Assembly: GCF_030144855.1 (NCBI RefSeq) | Contig: NC_082722.1 | Location: forward strand, 26,598,001-26,662,000 | DNA: 64,000 nucleotides | Source of the DNA: Hypanus sabinus | Taxonomy: Eukaryota | Direction of reading: 5' to 3' | In this document: positions 1 to 13,779 of the stretch, piece by piece | Layout: the number at the start of each line of letters is the position of its first letter | How positions within the stretch are numbered: position 1 is the first letter of the stretch | Made by a program: the position numbers and the translations under genes | The notes under the pieces: generated by a model | What the model saw: the letters and a program-made list of their open reading frames with translations, nothing else | Told to the model about the DNA's origin: nothing | Databases searched by the model: none

Positions 1-1269
1 ATCTAGCATCTACAGATAATCTGTTGTTTGTGTTTTGGTTCTTTACAATGAGTATATTTCATCTGGATTAAGATTTTTTTTTCTTTTTCCGTTGTCTTTG
101 CAGATGGTTTGATAGCAGATTCGAAATGACTTCGTTTGTTTCCGAACTGTCACTCGAAAACTCTCTCAGCAGATCCAATTACCAAACAAGAAAAACTGAA
201 TTTTTTACTTTCACAGACATCACAAGATGCATTAATATAATATTAAAAGCATAATCCGAACCATATATGAGAAGCGACTAGATACTTGGTAAAAACAGGG
301 GAGACAAACGAGCAGGTACAGATTAAGTAATAAAACAAAGACACTTGCAGAGAGAAATCCACTTTGAAGTGCAGAAGTAGCCAAAAGATTAGAACTGTGC
401 AAATGAAGAAAAGAGCAGAGTATAAAAATGGATGCACTTAAATATCACTTATGAATATTTGAAACATAAATATTATTTAACTATAAAAGTGACAGATTTC
501 TAAATTATGCTAGATCCTCTCCCACTTTCCTATACGGTTCAGATGCTTCGATTCTAACTGGTATGAAATTTAACGACATCAGTCTCGGATGTTTCTAATG
601 AATACACTTGCCCGATATTAGCAGGTAGAAATTACAAAGATATACCAACCTCTCAGTGAAGAACCCTCTGGGTACCGACTTTGTCACGACAACGAATCTA
701 CCTCTGGCCGAAGGAAACTGCTACTTAATATTCTCAGCCGGATAGTTAGATCGTATTTTCAACTCATAAGCGTTTTGAACTACGTTACATAAAATTGTCT
801 TTTACACACAATTTACAAAAGCAAAAAAAAATCTAATTATTTTACTCAAAGTTATTAAACACGCATTTCTTCAAGATCTCCCGTTTGTAATTTTTTTATC
901 TAACAGATGGCTAAAGATTAAGGGCAAAGTGCACGAAGGAAAATGGTTGACATTCCAAAAACGTATGCAACGGTCAATTGGGTAGAGAGAGTAATGGAAC
1001 TGAATGGCATAAGAGATATTATCACATCCATGTCATATGCTTTCTGCTGCATTTAGTGTAGAATTAAAAGTGATGGTGATTATAAAGAGATCTTCAGGTC
1101 ACACCATTTATTGGTGAAAATTTCCAGTATTCTCAAAAAATTCTCAATCTGCGGGAAAATAGAGCTGGTTTGGACTAAGAGGGAAAAAATGGAATTGCAC
1201 TGTACTCCAGAATACATATCTATGCCATTGCCACAGGTCGTTATTTCAGTAACTGTGCAGGAGTATATC

Positions 1270-1480
1270 TTTATATTATCTCAGCTTCTTCTGAAACCAT
1301 TGCCAGAAAGCGATCAATTCCGTCATCCAAATCATTGATAATAACGTGAAAATAACTAGTTCCGGCACCATCCCCTGCGGAACACTACTAGACAACAAGA
1401 AAATCATAATCCTGTTTATATATGTAGAACTCCACACAGGGCCTAACATTTCTTCACATTTCCTCCTGGACAAAAGTAAT
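1270..1480 (-). mobile_element. Ancient CR1 LINE reverse-transcriptase remnant
   Basis: Minus strand reads tcaatgatttggatgacggaattgat (INDLDDGID-like segment preceding KFADD in CR1 RT); heavily decayed. Confidence 0.5.
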
Positions 1481-1619
1481 GATTAAATCCACTTAATCGA
1501 CTATGTACCTCGAGTTCTGCCGAAATACCTCTTTTGGCATCTTAGTTTTTATCATTTTTTAACAATTTATTGGAATGTTTGCTATGTAATAGACTATGAA
1601 TAAATTCAAGACCTTCGTA

Positions 1620-4600
1620 AGAACGTAAGAAATAGGAACAGCTGTAGACCAGCTGACCCATCGAGACTTAAGATCATGGCTGATCTGACGAGGGACACAT
1701 CTCCATCTACCTGCCTTTCCTCATAATGCTGAATTCACCTGCTGTGCAAAAATTTATCCAACCTTGCCTTAAGTACATTTATTGAGGTAGACTGCACAGC
1801 TTCATTGGGCAGAGATTTCCACAGATTCACTGCTCTTTGGGAAAAGCAGTTCCCCCTAATAATTATCTTAATGTTACTCCCCCGAATCTGAGGCGATATC
1901 CCTAGTTCTTTTCTCAAGTGGTAACCCTAGTCTCAAGTAGTCCCTGGTGTTAATCACGTTCCTGGCTCTATCTTATCTAACCCTTCTTATAGTTTTATGT
2001 TTCTATAAGAGTTCTTGTCATCCTTCTGCATTCCAATGAGTACAGTTCCAGGCGACTAAATCTCTCCTCATAGTTTAACGCTCTCATCTCTGGAATCAAC
2101 CTGGTTCCACTGCCTGTACAATGCCTCCCGTATAATCCTTCCTCAAGTAAGAAGACCAGAACTGCACGCAGTACTCTGGATGCGGCCTCATCTGTACCCT
2201 ACACTGCTGTAGCATAACCGCCTTGTTCTCAAATTCAATCCCTCCAGCAATGAAGGCCAGCATTCCATTTGCCTTCTTGATAGCCTGCTGTAACTGCACA
2301 CGAAACTTTTGCGATTCATGCACAAACACTCCCAGCACTGAAGTATCCTGAAACCTTTTAACATTTAAATAATCTGATCTTCCAGTTTCCTTCCAAAGTA
2401 GATGACCGCACATTTACCCACAGTGTGCTCCATCTGCCAGTCTCTTGCCCACTCGCTGAAAATCTCTATATCTCTCTGCAGACTCTCCATACACTCTGCG
2501 CAATTTGTTTGTCCACTCAATTTAGTGTCATCAACAAACATACATACACCGCTCACCACTGACGGCCAACTACAGGAACACCTATGTATCCCAACTCTCT
2601 GCTTTTTATTTGCTAGCCAAGTCTCTATCCATGCTAATACATCACCCACAACTTTATGCATTGTTATCTTAGGAATACGTCTTTTATGTGGCACCTTGTC
2701 GAACGTCTTCTGTAAATCCAAGTATATAACGTCCATCTGTTCCCCTCCATCCAATGCAATTTGTTATATCATCAAAAAACTCAAGTGCGTTTGTCAAACA
2801 GGACCTGCCTTTGCTTCATACATGCTGTGTCTGCCTGATGTATCTAGTTCTCCTGAGATGCTTCCTTATTTCTTATTTGATGACTGCTACAAGCATTTTC
2901 CCAACTAAAAGTGTTAATTGACTGGGCTATAGTTACTTGCCTTTTGTATACATCTTTTAATGAACAGTGGCGAATGTCATTCGCCTTCTTGCAATCTGCT
3001 GGGAGATGCCTAGAGTCCAGAGAATTTTGGTAAATTATCACCAAAGCCCAACTATAACCTCTGCTATTTCTTTTAGTACCCTGAGATTTGTCTATCTTTT
3101 GATCCACAAAACTACTCAGAACTACCCCTTAAGTGATACCTATTGTATCGAGGTCCTCACCTCCCATTGCATCGATATTATCTCTCTTCGGCATCCCCTC
3201 CACCGTGAAACCCGACACAAAATAGTCATTCAAAGTTTCGGCCAATTGCACATTATCCAATATCAATTCCCCTTCTCGTCCTCCAAGGGACCTGCGTTTA
3301 CTTTGGCCACCGCTTTATATAACTATAAAATGTTACTGTCCGTTTTAATATTTATACTGGTTTATTTTCATAATCTACCTTCCCTTTCTTCACTGTTTGC
3401 TTAGTGGTTCTTCGTTGCTTTTTCAGGTTTTCCCAGTCTTCCAGTTTCCCACTACTCGTGGCGACTTTGTACGCACGAGCTTTTAGTTTGACGCCTTCTT
3501 TTATTTCCTTTGTGATCCAAGGCTGGCAGTCCCCGACTTTACTGCCCTTCCTTTTAACTGGAATGTGAAAAACTCTCTTTGATGGCATTCCACTGTTCCT
3601 CAAACGTCCCACCATATAGCCTGTGTTCGCAGTCTGCCCTGTCCAGCTCTTCCCTCATCATTTTGTAGTTTCCCTTGATTAGGTATAACGTACTGGTTTT
3701 AGATAGAATTATTGAGCCCTATATTTGCATACGAAAGTCGTGCTGTGATAACTCCTTCCAAGTGGATCTCTAACTACAAGACTGGTAATTTTACTTGTCT
3801 CATTGTGCTGCGCTAGATCCAAGATAAAGTGTTCCCTTATAGGTTCAGCAACATGCTGTTGAAGAAAGACAGCATGTATTGATTCACGTAAGTCCTCCTC
3901 AAGACTGCCTCGAGCAACTTGATTTACCTAATCCTTGTGAAAGTTAAAGTCCACGATGCCTACTGTTCCATTTTTACATGTCTCAGATATTTCTCGGGTT
4001 ATTGCCTGTGCCACTGTAATGTTATTATTCGGTGCCCTATAGACATTTCCCACCAATGATTTTTTTCCCTTTACTATTTCTCATTTCTAACCTGATGGAC
4101 TCAACATTCTACCCCTGAGATCTTATATCGTCTCTCTCTATGCCCTGACCTCATCCTTAAGTTAGGGCGCTTCCCCACCTCCCCTACCTTCCTGCCGTAT
4201 TATCTGATATCCTTGGATATTTAATCACCGATTCTCCCCATTCTACAACCACGTTTCTGTATTGGACACAAAATCATACTCTCATGTACTGATTTATGCC
4301 ACAACTTCACTGACCTTGTTCCGGATACCAGGGGCATTCAGAAAAAGTGCACTTACACATATTGTGCCTTTAAAATCTAGTGACCTTTGACTCTTAGGCG
4401 CTTGATATTTCTGCATTCCACCCTCACTTTTCTCTTTTTTCATCTTTTTCTTTCACTTTATTTTTATCCACACATTTCTCTTTTACTTTATCCATACTTC
4501 TCCAATCTGCTGAACTATCCTCCATGCTACTTAGTTTAAAAACACTATCTACAACCTCAGTTAAGCGATTCGCCAGGATCCAGGTCCCTTCACCGTTCAG

Positions 4601-4830
4601 GTGCAGCCCGTCCGAATGGAACATCTGCCTTGTTCCTCAATACTGGGGCCAGTTTCCCATGAATTCAACCCCACTTCTCCCACACCAATTCTTGAGCTAA
4701 GCATTTAACTGTCTAATCTTCTTAACCCTCTGCCAATTTGTCCATGGTTCAGGTAGTAATCCACAGATTACCAATTTTTTTTTGTTTTGCTTTTTAAGTT
4801 AGTCCCTTGCTGCTCAAAATCCCTCAGCAA
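1620..4830 (-). mobile_element. Decayed CR1 LINE (ORF2 EN/RT fragments plus ORF1 esterase fragment)
   Basis: ORF fragments YLDLQKTFDKVPHKR, FVDDTKLSG, RPHPEYCVQFWS, WITKEIKEGVKLK and the ORF1-type SDGLHLNGEG; CR1-type 3' end near 1620. Confidence 0.9.
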
Positions 4831-6558
4831 GATCTGTTTCCTCGCTCTACCTTTGTCGTTGACCTGCACGTTTCCCGGCAGGACATAAATAATGCAAAAA
4901 CAGAACACACGCTAACATTTCCCCGTTGGAAAAAAAAATCAGATTTCACATTTTATTTCTCGTGTTTGTACAGCTCTCAAGGCATATTCTCATTCAGAGT
5001 GAAGTTTGTTTTAAATGCTTACGGTCTTACCTTTTTCAATAATATAGCTGAAACTGGCAGGAATTTTCAGTGTTTCGTGAGATAACAGGCAGGTCTAAAC
5101 CATTTTGCCCTGAGTAGGTTGCGCATACTCCAAAATACTAGAAGCCTCAAAAAATCCCTCTGAAGTCTCATTTATTGACGTTTTTATGTTGGTAAGAATG
5201 TCCATATTATTCTTTCGCCAAAAGATGTCTATTTATTTCGGATAAAATGCTACAGTTTTACACATGAGTTTCCGGGATTTAGGTAATGTTTCTTCGACAC
5301 GAATGATTTTCAGAGGAGTTGGCGGAGCTACAAAAGAATAAAACCGACGTAGAATATTTAGCTATTATTTGAAAGCACGCATGCTACGTCTCACGCTGCC
5401 ACTCTCAATGTTACCACTGCGGTCGATTGAAATCGCCTGAATTTGTCATTTATTAATTGTTTCTTGCGGAAGGTAAACATGACAAAACGGGTGTGTTGGT
5501 ACGTAGTAGACTTAGCGCGTGCTAGGGTTGAGTTTATTTCTTCATCAAACTGTCCATTTTTGTCCCTACCTTTGCTCTTGTAGGTCAATTTTGTACTCAC
5601 GCAAAATGAGAGTCAGTGAATCTGCATAACTACACACACAAAATGCTGCTTGAACACAGCAGGTCAGGCAGCATCTATAGGGAGAAGACCGTTCGACGTT
5701 TTGGGCCGAGACCCTTCGTCAGCATAACTATGCTGGTTTCAATGGGGTCGGTATTATGGAGCAGCACACCGATCAAGCTGTGTTTCTCTCTGTGGAGGTT
5801 TTACGCATACGTCCCGTAATTGACATTAATGAAGTGGCTTTGTTTGATTTGCGCTTTCGATGGAAAGTGCATATATTCCTCTGTAAATTTACTGAATTGT
5901 TGATTACGGTGTTTCGTTATTCCTCGTTGCCTAAAAGTTCCACGACAATTTGGCAGAGTGAACGATGTTTATTAATTACTTATAAATATTTGTGGCTATA
6001 CATTTAAGCAACTACAAGATTTAAATCGGCGAACTACCTCGAGATGTGGTAGTATAAAAGCAGGCTGAAGAACGGGCCGATATCATTTAACATCGACAAC
6101 GCTTCGTTTTCAATTAGATGGCTTGTGATTTGCCATTCGACACAATTTGTTTACAGCTCCCAACATCGAAATTCGTCGTCTAAAATTTAGGTGGTTCAGT
6201 TCATCCACTGTTTGAAGCTTTTGATTGTTTAAAGTCCTTGGGGCTGGTTGAGGTATAGGTCAATGCGGGGACAAGGTGGGATGTTGTGTAGGAATATAGG
6301 TATAGCAAAGATATGGTTGGAAATATCAACGGTCCAGCTAATAAGCTGAGCAAATGTCAATCTCCAGAATCACATGGAAATAATAAATGGAACAATCCGA
6401 AGGATCTAAAATGATGTTTTATTTATAAAGGATGTAAAACAAATTAGTGGTATAAATTTTAAACCAGCAATACAATTTCACAATCTTTACGCAATCTTGG
6501 CTTTTCCTAAAATGCAAAGAGTTGAAAATTTTCGACTTCCAGCAATGAAGCCACTTAC

Positions 6559-7071
6559 TTAACACAATAAGCTGAGAGCCACTTCCATTTCCGAATATTA
6601 GTTGTTGACTTTTCACTTGACAGTAATACCAGTCGAAGTCTGCGTATCTCACATTCAGGAGAGTAAATGTGCCGCTTGCCGTCTGGTTCTAAAAATTCTT
6701 TCTGACCCTCCTTGCACCACGAAACTCCAGCGGTATCTTGTAGCATTGGAAATTTGCAGAACATGGATTGAGTTCCACCGATTGAATCTTTTAAGGTGGG
6801 AATGAATTGTTCCACTTTGCCCGAAGTTCATTTCGAGGCTGACAAAGGATAAGTGAAAATTATGAAAACAATTGCATTCACTGTAGAAAGAATCAACAGG
6901 CAAAATAGGCAAAAAAAAAAATGGATATTTGCTATAGCTAAATTTGCTGCTGGTAACAAATGTATAATGTAATAACATATTTGTTTCGACGTCAGGGCAC
7001 AAAAATTTAAGCCTTCTTGGCCTAAACGCGGCGAGAAGAGCAACGTACCAAACGTTTGTATCCACCAACAT
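6559..7071 (-). pseudogene. Pseudogene paralog of the VJ-C1 receptor: leader exon (ATG 7071) and VJ exon (6559-6838)
   Basis: Leader MLVDTNVWYVALLAAFRP with donor lost (cca a|GAaggc vs cca g|GTacgc). VJ exon has an in-frame TGA near its start (ASK*) and is 280 nt vs 306 nt (26-nt net deletion after EPD, frameshift). YYCQVKSQQLIFGNGSGSQLIVL and its GTAAGT donor are retained. Confidence 0.9.
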
Positions 7072-7189
7072 TGCCAATGAGAGTGGTCCGTCTGAAAGAT
7101 AGAAATTCATGGAATATAATAATCAAGTGCTCATTATTGATTAATTATTTATAATGTTCAAGGCTCCGTGGACGCCTTGGGTTCAAGAA

Positions 7190-7660
7190 GTTCTGCAGAT
7201 ACCAGAAACCCGAAGGAAAGTCCACAAAGTGTCAGCGGAGCTCAGTGGGTCAGGCGGCATCAATGGTGAAAAACAAGCAGTCGATGTTTCGGGGTAAGAT
7301 CCTTCTTCAGGACTGGAAAAGAATGGGGATGATGTCACAATAAGGAGATGGGGAGGGAAAGGTGTACAAACTGGCAGGTGATGTGGGGGGAGGTGATGTA
7401 AAGAGATGGCACTTGATAGGTGGATTTATATTCCGTCTCGATACCCTGCAACCTGCTGATCTGAACTTAGAATTCTCTAACTTTCAGTTATTTTTCCCGC
7501 GCACCTTTCATTGTTTTCTATTTCCCATTATGGGTCCCTTTTTATCCATTCTCTTCTCCTCACCTCGCTTTGCTGCGGCTCCAAATTCACTTTCTTCAAT
7601 GCTCCATTGTTATCTCCTATCAGATTCCTTCTCATTCAGTCCTTTACCACTTCCACATAT
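7190..7660. mobile_element. Penelope-derived non-autonomous repeat (elasmobranch type), shared with 36650-37095
   Basis: Characteristic ctcagtgggtcaggcggcatc...gtcgatgtttcggggtaagatccttcttcaggactgg segment; same family as the 44.6-45.5 kb copy that carries the PLE ORF C-terminus. Confidence 0.65.
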
Positions 7661-8029
7661 TGCCCGAAGGTCGATCCGAATTCGCCCAGGGCATTTCCTA
7701 TGTACTAGTCCTTCCCGGTTCACTGCGTCTAAACGATATAAGCTGCAACCTGCTATTGATTCTTAACCCTTAAGTAATTCTAGTACAGCACCGGAAAATG
7801 CCTTTCGACCAATGATGTCTGTATCGATCATAATTCTATTTGATCGGACGTGTTCTACATCGCACTTTTTTGCCTCTTTATGGATATGTTTGAATGTCCT
7901 TTAACTGTTGTGATGAAATCAACACTCTCTTGTAGCACTGTGTAAAGTAGCTGCTTCGAAAACCTCATTTATTTTTTCCTCTCTTATTTCAAGGCATTGC
8001 CCTCTATTAACTACCGCTAATATGCATGA

Positions 8030-9960
8030 GTGACACTGGTGAAGAAAATGGCAAGATTAGAGTATCCCGGTTCACGATGATATTGAGACACAGTTTCGGA
8101 GAAAGGAGACCTGAATCATCTATAGGGAACGGGTTCAAGCAATTCCCGACAGGAGTATAAGATGTACTGTAGTACACCTAAGGGAAATCATGAGAGCACT
8201 AAGGTAGCATGATAAAACTTCTGAATATAAAGCATGAGGAAATGAGGAAATAATGACCGAGAAATCGAGATGACCGAGCTGTGAATTATTATATCCCATC
8301 ACTGTGGTGAAAAGCAGGGAAGCTCAGAGATTAAGGGGAAAAAGCATAATGTTATTTTAACAGATACACATGAAAAAAATGGAGACGTGGGGGGGAACAG
8401 GGTGTTCACGGTGTAAGAACACAGTCCGTTGGCTGAACATACGGCACCTGATTAAGTGTATCTTTTGAAATTGTGAGAAGCTAGAGAAGAAATTGCAAGG
8501 CCTATTGCAAAGATATCAGCATCGTCATTAACCAGGTTTGTGCTACCGCAGCATTGGCAAATGTGCACTTATTTCAGAAGATCTGCAAGGAAATAGAGGA
8601 GATTTGAAGATGGCGATCCCAACATCGGTGCGTGGAAAGATATTGCAGTGGAACGGAGGAAGAGAATCTATCAAAATTTGGAAATGCAGACGTTGAATAG
8701 TGACAATAGCATGGATTTTTCATTTGGAATCTCATCTCACAAATTTGATTGAGTTGTTTTGAAGAGGTGATGAAGAAAATTTCTGAGTGCAGCAACTGGA
8801 CTTGTCCGTCATTGACTTATTCAAGATCCCGTATGTCAGGCTTGCATAGAATGGTAGATGACATGGGAGCCAGGGACAGCCAGCCACCGCAACATAAGAA
8901 TACAAAATAGGTTTGGTAGAGAGAGTCAGACGGTGACAGTGAAAATTTGATATCCAGAATGACCGCCTGCATCTAGCGGTGTAATAAACTGGTAGTTTCC
9001 AGTTCTAGTATTGTTTGCCATCTCCGAAATATTCAGATGAAAACATTTTTAACTTCGGAAATATCATTCATAATGGAACAAAATTGGTATATTCGAATAA
9101 AAATAACTGTGACGATAAACTGCGAAAGTAGGGCAAGCAAGTGCAGATAGAATATAACTCAGCCATTTGCGAACTTTTGTCCTTTCGTTTGTTAAACCAG
9201 GGCAGTAATTGCACAGTAGACTGCCCAGGGCGTTGAAGTAAAATAACGTGTCTGAGGGGTACATGCATTGATCTTTGAAAGCGACAACAGTGGTGAAGAA
9301 GGTGCCTGTCCCATTTATTTAACAGTTGTAGTACCGTGTACAACATCTGGGCCGTCATGTTCACTGTACAAGTCGTTGGTAAAACCGACTCAGAGTATTC
9401 TGAGCACTTCTGATCAGCCAGGTGAAGAAACGGCCCGACGGAGCTTCAAATACTGCTGGAGAGATTCGTAAATAGATTTGCAGGACAGCATGTTTTTCGC
9501 TGTAAGGCGAGTTTGGGTTTACTCGTCCCTCAAGCACAGGAGGTTCACTAGTGACGTAAGCGGGGGTATGGTTACAGTCTTTTTACTCAGAATAGCTGAA
9601 TCAAAACTCAGAATTCATCGATTCAAGAAGAGAGACAAAACATTTAAATGGATCTGGGGCAAGTTTTCCAAAGCAAAGGAGTTTGATAACTCGAATAGAG
9701 TACTGGATGATTCTGTAGAGTTGTGTACAATTGTAACGTGTCAGGAGCATTTGGATTTGTACACAGGTGGAAGAAGTTTATTGTGATACGGTTCAAACGC
9801 AGGTAAATGGGTCTAGCCGGGTCGAAATCCTGTTGCAGTGCCATATGACGCCATGGATCCATTTGGGTGTGGTGAGCTGGTTCCTTGGATTGCTGGCGAT
9901 AGTGGGGCGTTGTCAGAATAATATAGGGTTAATGTGTAGTTTATATAATTGACGTTTGAT
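8030..9960 (+). mobile_element. Ancient CR1 ORF2 remnant predating the segmental duplications
   Basis: Decayed CR1 motifs (acaaatttgattgagttgttttgaagaggtg = TNLIEFFEEV-like; later LGLFSLE-like segment); orthologous copies at 37.7-39.7 kb and, split, at 17.6-18.4 plus 23.46-23.79 kb. Confidence 0.7.
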
Positions 9961-10804
9961 AGTAGGTATGGACAGGGTCGTGCGAATGTGCTCTGTGAAC
10001 GGATAGCTTATTCCAGTAAGCCAGCAGAGTATTCTCCGATTTTTGTTTTCGTTTTGGAAGATTTGAGAAGATATGAATTTTACCAAAAAAAAATCATATG
10101 TTTAAAACGTTTTCGATTTGACAGTTGCACTTAACTCTGAAGGTTATTCGATTAATTTTCTCAAGAGGTGTTTCGGACACTTCAGGAAACCCCAGGAATT
10201 GTGCAATATCTGCCTATTACCATGTGTATGTCATGATCACATAAAATCTTTCCACAGCTATCAGGAAAGTTGTCATAGTTAAAAATTACCTACAGGCATA
10301 TTGCAAGGATTGCAAATTCCACAGTACTTGGAGTATAATGTGAAAGGTGCTCCGTACAGTATGGAGAATCCAAGAATGGGAAACAAAATCACTCCCTTAA
10401 TTTGCAACCATTCATCGGACAATGGACCAGAAGTCTTAGATCTGTTTCTCTTTCCCTGATGCTAGATGATCAACTGTTAATCTTCATTTTTCCTCTCCTT
10501 TTTGCGGACGTCCTTTTTTTAGTAAAACATTTGCTGCTGTTGTCCAGAAATCCCTGTGCTATACAACCAGATATTCAGCCACATGGTTTAGTGTTTCTTC
10601 ATTCATATCTTTGAAAACACAGCGAGAAGATCGAGTCCAAGACCAAGATATCATGCTGCAGGCTCCTGCTACCCTTCTTTCAGCGGCAGCTGTGGAAGCA
10701 ATTGTCCGTCAAGCACAGCGCGTTACCTTTAGCTGCCAGTGTTCCCATTTCCCTCTAATGTCAATTATTTTCTCAAACGACTGATTAATAAAACATTAAT
10801 ATCA

Positions 10805-11560
10805 GGTACGCAAAGATACTGCATATTCTGGAAATCCAGAGCAACACACACAAGGTGAACTCAGCAGATCAGGCCACATCTACGGAAGTGAATAAACGGT
10901 CAACGTTCCCTTCATTAGGACTGGAAAGAAAGTGGGAAAATTCTAGAATAAAAAGGCGGTGGTATGGAGAACGAATTAGAAGGTGATAGATGAAGTCAGG
11001 TTCAGGGGTTATGGGGGGAGGGGAAAAGAGGAGCGTGTGCGCTTGGGCGGTGGGATGAAGTAAGAAGCTGGGAGGTAAGAGGTTGAAAATGCGAAGAGCT
11101 GGATAATAAGGAATCTAGTAGGAGAGGAGAGCAGAATACGCGAGAAAGGGAAGGAAGTGGGACGGAAGTGGAAGTTGTAGGCAGGAAAGCAGTGGAGATA
11201 AGAGGTGCGATCAGAAGAGAGACGTGGGAGGGAAAAATACTTGAATGAAATGTCGATATTCATGTCGTCAGGTTGGAGGCTACCTAGACTGAATCCGAGG
11301 TGTTACTCGCCCACCCTGAGAATACCCTCATGAAGGCGTAAGATAAGGACATAAATCGCCATGTCGGAACGTGAATGGATAGGAATAAGAATAATTGGCC
11401 ACTCGCAAATTCCGCATTTTGGGATGACTGGAGTTGCTTGAAAAAGTGGTCCCCAGTTTACGTCGAGTCTCAACAATGTAGATGAGGCCGCATTGGTTGC
11501 TCTGGCTACAGTAGACTGCCCTAGTGTTTCGCAGGTTGCTTCACTGTTTGCGGCCCTGAA
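10805..11560 (-). mobile_element. Penelope-like element 3' fragment, shared with 40820-41600
   Basis: Minus strand encodes a decayed EQHLxFxLGxLQPDxMNID C-terminus (ORF 11009-11263 begins MNIDISF) and is followed by the terminal repeat unit. Confidence 0.7.
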
Positions 11561-13779
11561 TGAAGGTGATAAAACTATAATTTTTAAGTTGTCTTCATTC
11601 CTTCTGGACTCACATCTTTTTTGATTCGAAACAAACTGATGTCTTCACTCATCTTAGTATAGGTTTGACAACACTTCAAAGTCATTTACATAGATATGTC
11701 ACTCCAGAACCTAGCTCGGTTGTGAAATCAATTGCACAAATAATATCCTTTTATTCATAGAACGGCCACTTCTTTGTTTCACTGTACTATCTGACATCTA
11801 TATCCGACCACATTTCATTATTTTCTGCCTTAAATGAAAACAAACCGCAATCATTCTCCAAATAGTTTCTCATGATGTTACCGTTCACGCTTAGAAGGCT
11901 GTCTGCAATCGCTACGCTTAAAGATTAAAACTTAAAACTTTGTTTTATTTAACATTGTAATGAAGCTTCTAATTACTCTCTTTCCAGAAGGCACACGCGA
12001 TAGAATCGAATCACGGATATCGCAGAAAAAAACATTAGAAACATTCAATTGCGAGGAAGAGGCTTTGAAGTCACTTTTTTAAAAGAAAAAAATAATCCAT
12101 TTCTGTAACCTAAACTTGTAGCTTTAAAAGAAGCTAATCGATTTCTGGGACAACTGTAAATTTTAACCACAAAGGCTTTCCATGATATCATCAGCGGGCC
12201 CGTTGGTGCATTTCTATTCCCTGATATTTGTAATCTCCTGTTAACCTGCACGAGGAGTTGGCTGTAGATCTTCAGCTGAAAGAAAACATTGAATCATGGA
12301 GTGCATCACGTCAGAAGACTGTTGCACCTGCTTCATCCATTCAGAACGAAAATATTTACGTAGCCGTTCTTACCAACTTCCAGCACGGTAGCACTTCCTC
12401 TAACAGCTTGTTCTATAACCCTACCGTCCTCTGTCCATTAGAAAAGCATGCTGTTGCCAGCTCCCCTTTAAGTATTTTTTTCTCTCTCAGTTCACAACTA
12501 TGTATTCCATATTTGGATCCCCTGTATTGAGAAAACGGCTGTGAACATCGTTTATATTAATGACCGTAACAATTGTGTTTTTTTTTTCTAATTCATAAGG
12601 TAGCCTGTAGTCCAGAGTAAACAATCCATGTCTATCCAATCTCTCCGTGCCACTAAAGCATTCCATTCCAGGCAATGTCCCAGAGAATCTCTTTTGCACT
12701 CGTTCTAACTCTACTACGTGCTAACTGTGGACCAGAAGACCACACGACACTCAATGACCGGCCTATCCATTGTCTACTGGTACAACTTGATGTCCCAGCT
12801 CTTGTCAATATATTGCCAAGAGGACAAGGCTGCTAAACGCCTTCTTATCTGGATCCTGATGTGTCGTTGTTTCGTGCACCGTAACAACGTGCACCTTTGT
12901 GCATCAAAGCTTCTAATATCCCTCCACTATATCCTGTTAGTACTCCCGGCAGAGCAAATCAAAAGAGTTTCACAAGAGAAATCCAGAGCAGCAAACAGAA
13001 GATGCTGGAGCAACTCAGCCCGGACCAACAATTACTCCAAGCAGGAATTTTTGCCATGGCTTGTAAAAAGATTATGTACGGACTAGAGGTTAACTAACAA
13101 TTATCTAACAAGTTCCATTCTGAGCTGACTGTTACAATTTCTAATAGCGTTGCAATTTGAAACACTGACAATATAATACGTTGAAGCACTAAAACGTTAC
13201 ACGGTAATGGTTATGGTACTTTTATTATTTGGAAAACATATGGCTTATATACACCAAGAATAAATTCCAGGGTATTTCATAATTATATTTACATAGATTT
13301 CAAAATTATATGAGCAACGTGTGCAGGAGTGCTTCAGCTACCACGCGGGGGCGCACCCACGGAAATTAGAGGGGTCATTAATATCAAGTATATACAGAGT
13401 ACATAGATGGGAGGTTGGTTTCCTGACGAACTGAGATGTGTACATAACCATCTTTATTTTTGCTGTCTTAGGCAACCTCCCACTGTCAAAGTTTTGGGTA
13501 TTAATAATAAGATATGACATTTGGCACTTTTACTTGAATGTAGAAATACAAACAGTATTTATGAGTAGTAAGATCGAAGGGATTTGAGATGCAAAGAGAC
13601 CTGAGAGAACGAAGCCAATGAATGATTCGAGATGGGAAATCTACCCCAGCCACCCATCATTCTGACAGATCTCCAAGCAGCAAGTGGGCAGAAGGGGTCA
13701 CAGGTAGGCCAGAAAACGAGGATGCAGATCAAGATAATCAGCCATAAGACTGTAACACCATAAGATATTGGAGCAGATT

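Larger units (their letters stand above)
5450..13050. repeat. Segmental duplication unit A, direct paralog of about 33.7-43.06 kb
   Basis: Collinear matching blocks, e.g. 5521-5610 vs 33721-33820, 6541-7110 vs 35980-36590, 10081-10500 vs 40140-40520, 11940-12300 vs 41960-42330; roughly 75-80% identity by eye. Confidence 0.9.

Noticed and set aside
5391-5600. Paired ORFs (LTYKSKG...EEINS vs MTYNGRG...EEIRS at 33516-33791) as an extra exon
   Set aside because: Similarity covers only about 25 codons of duplicated intron, the 33.5 kb ORF runs into antisense CR1, and no consistent splice sites were found.
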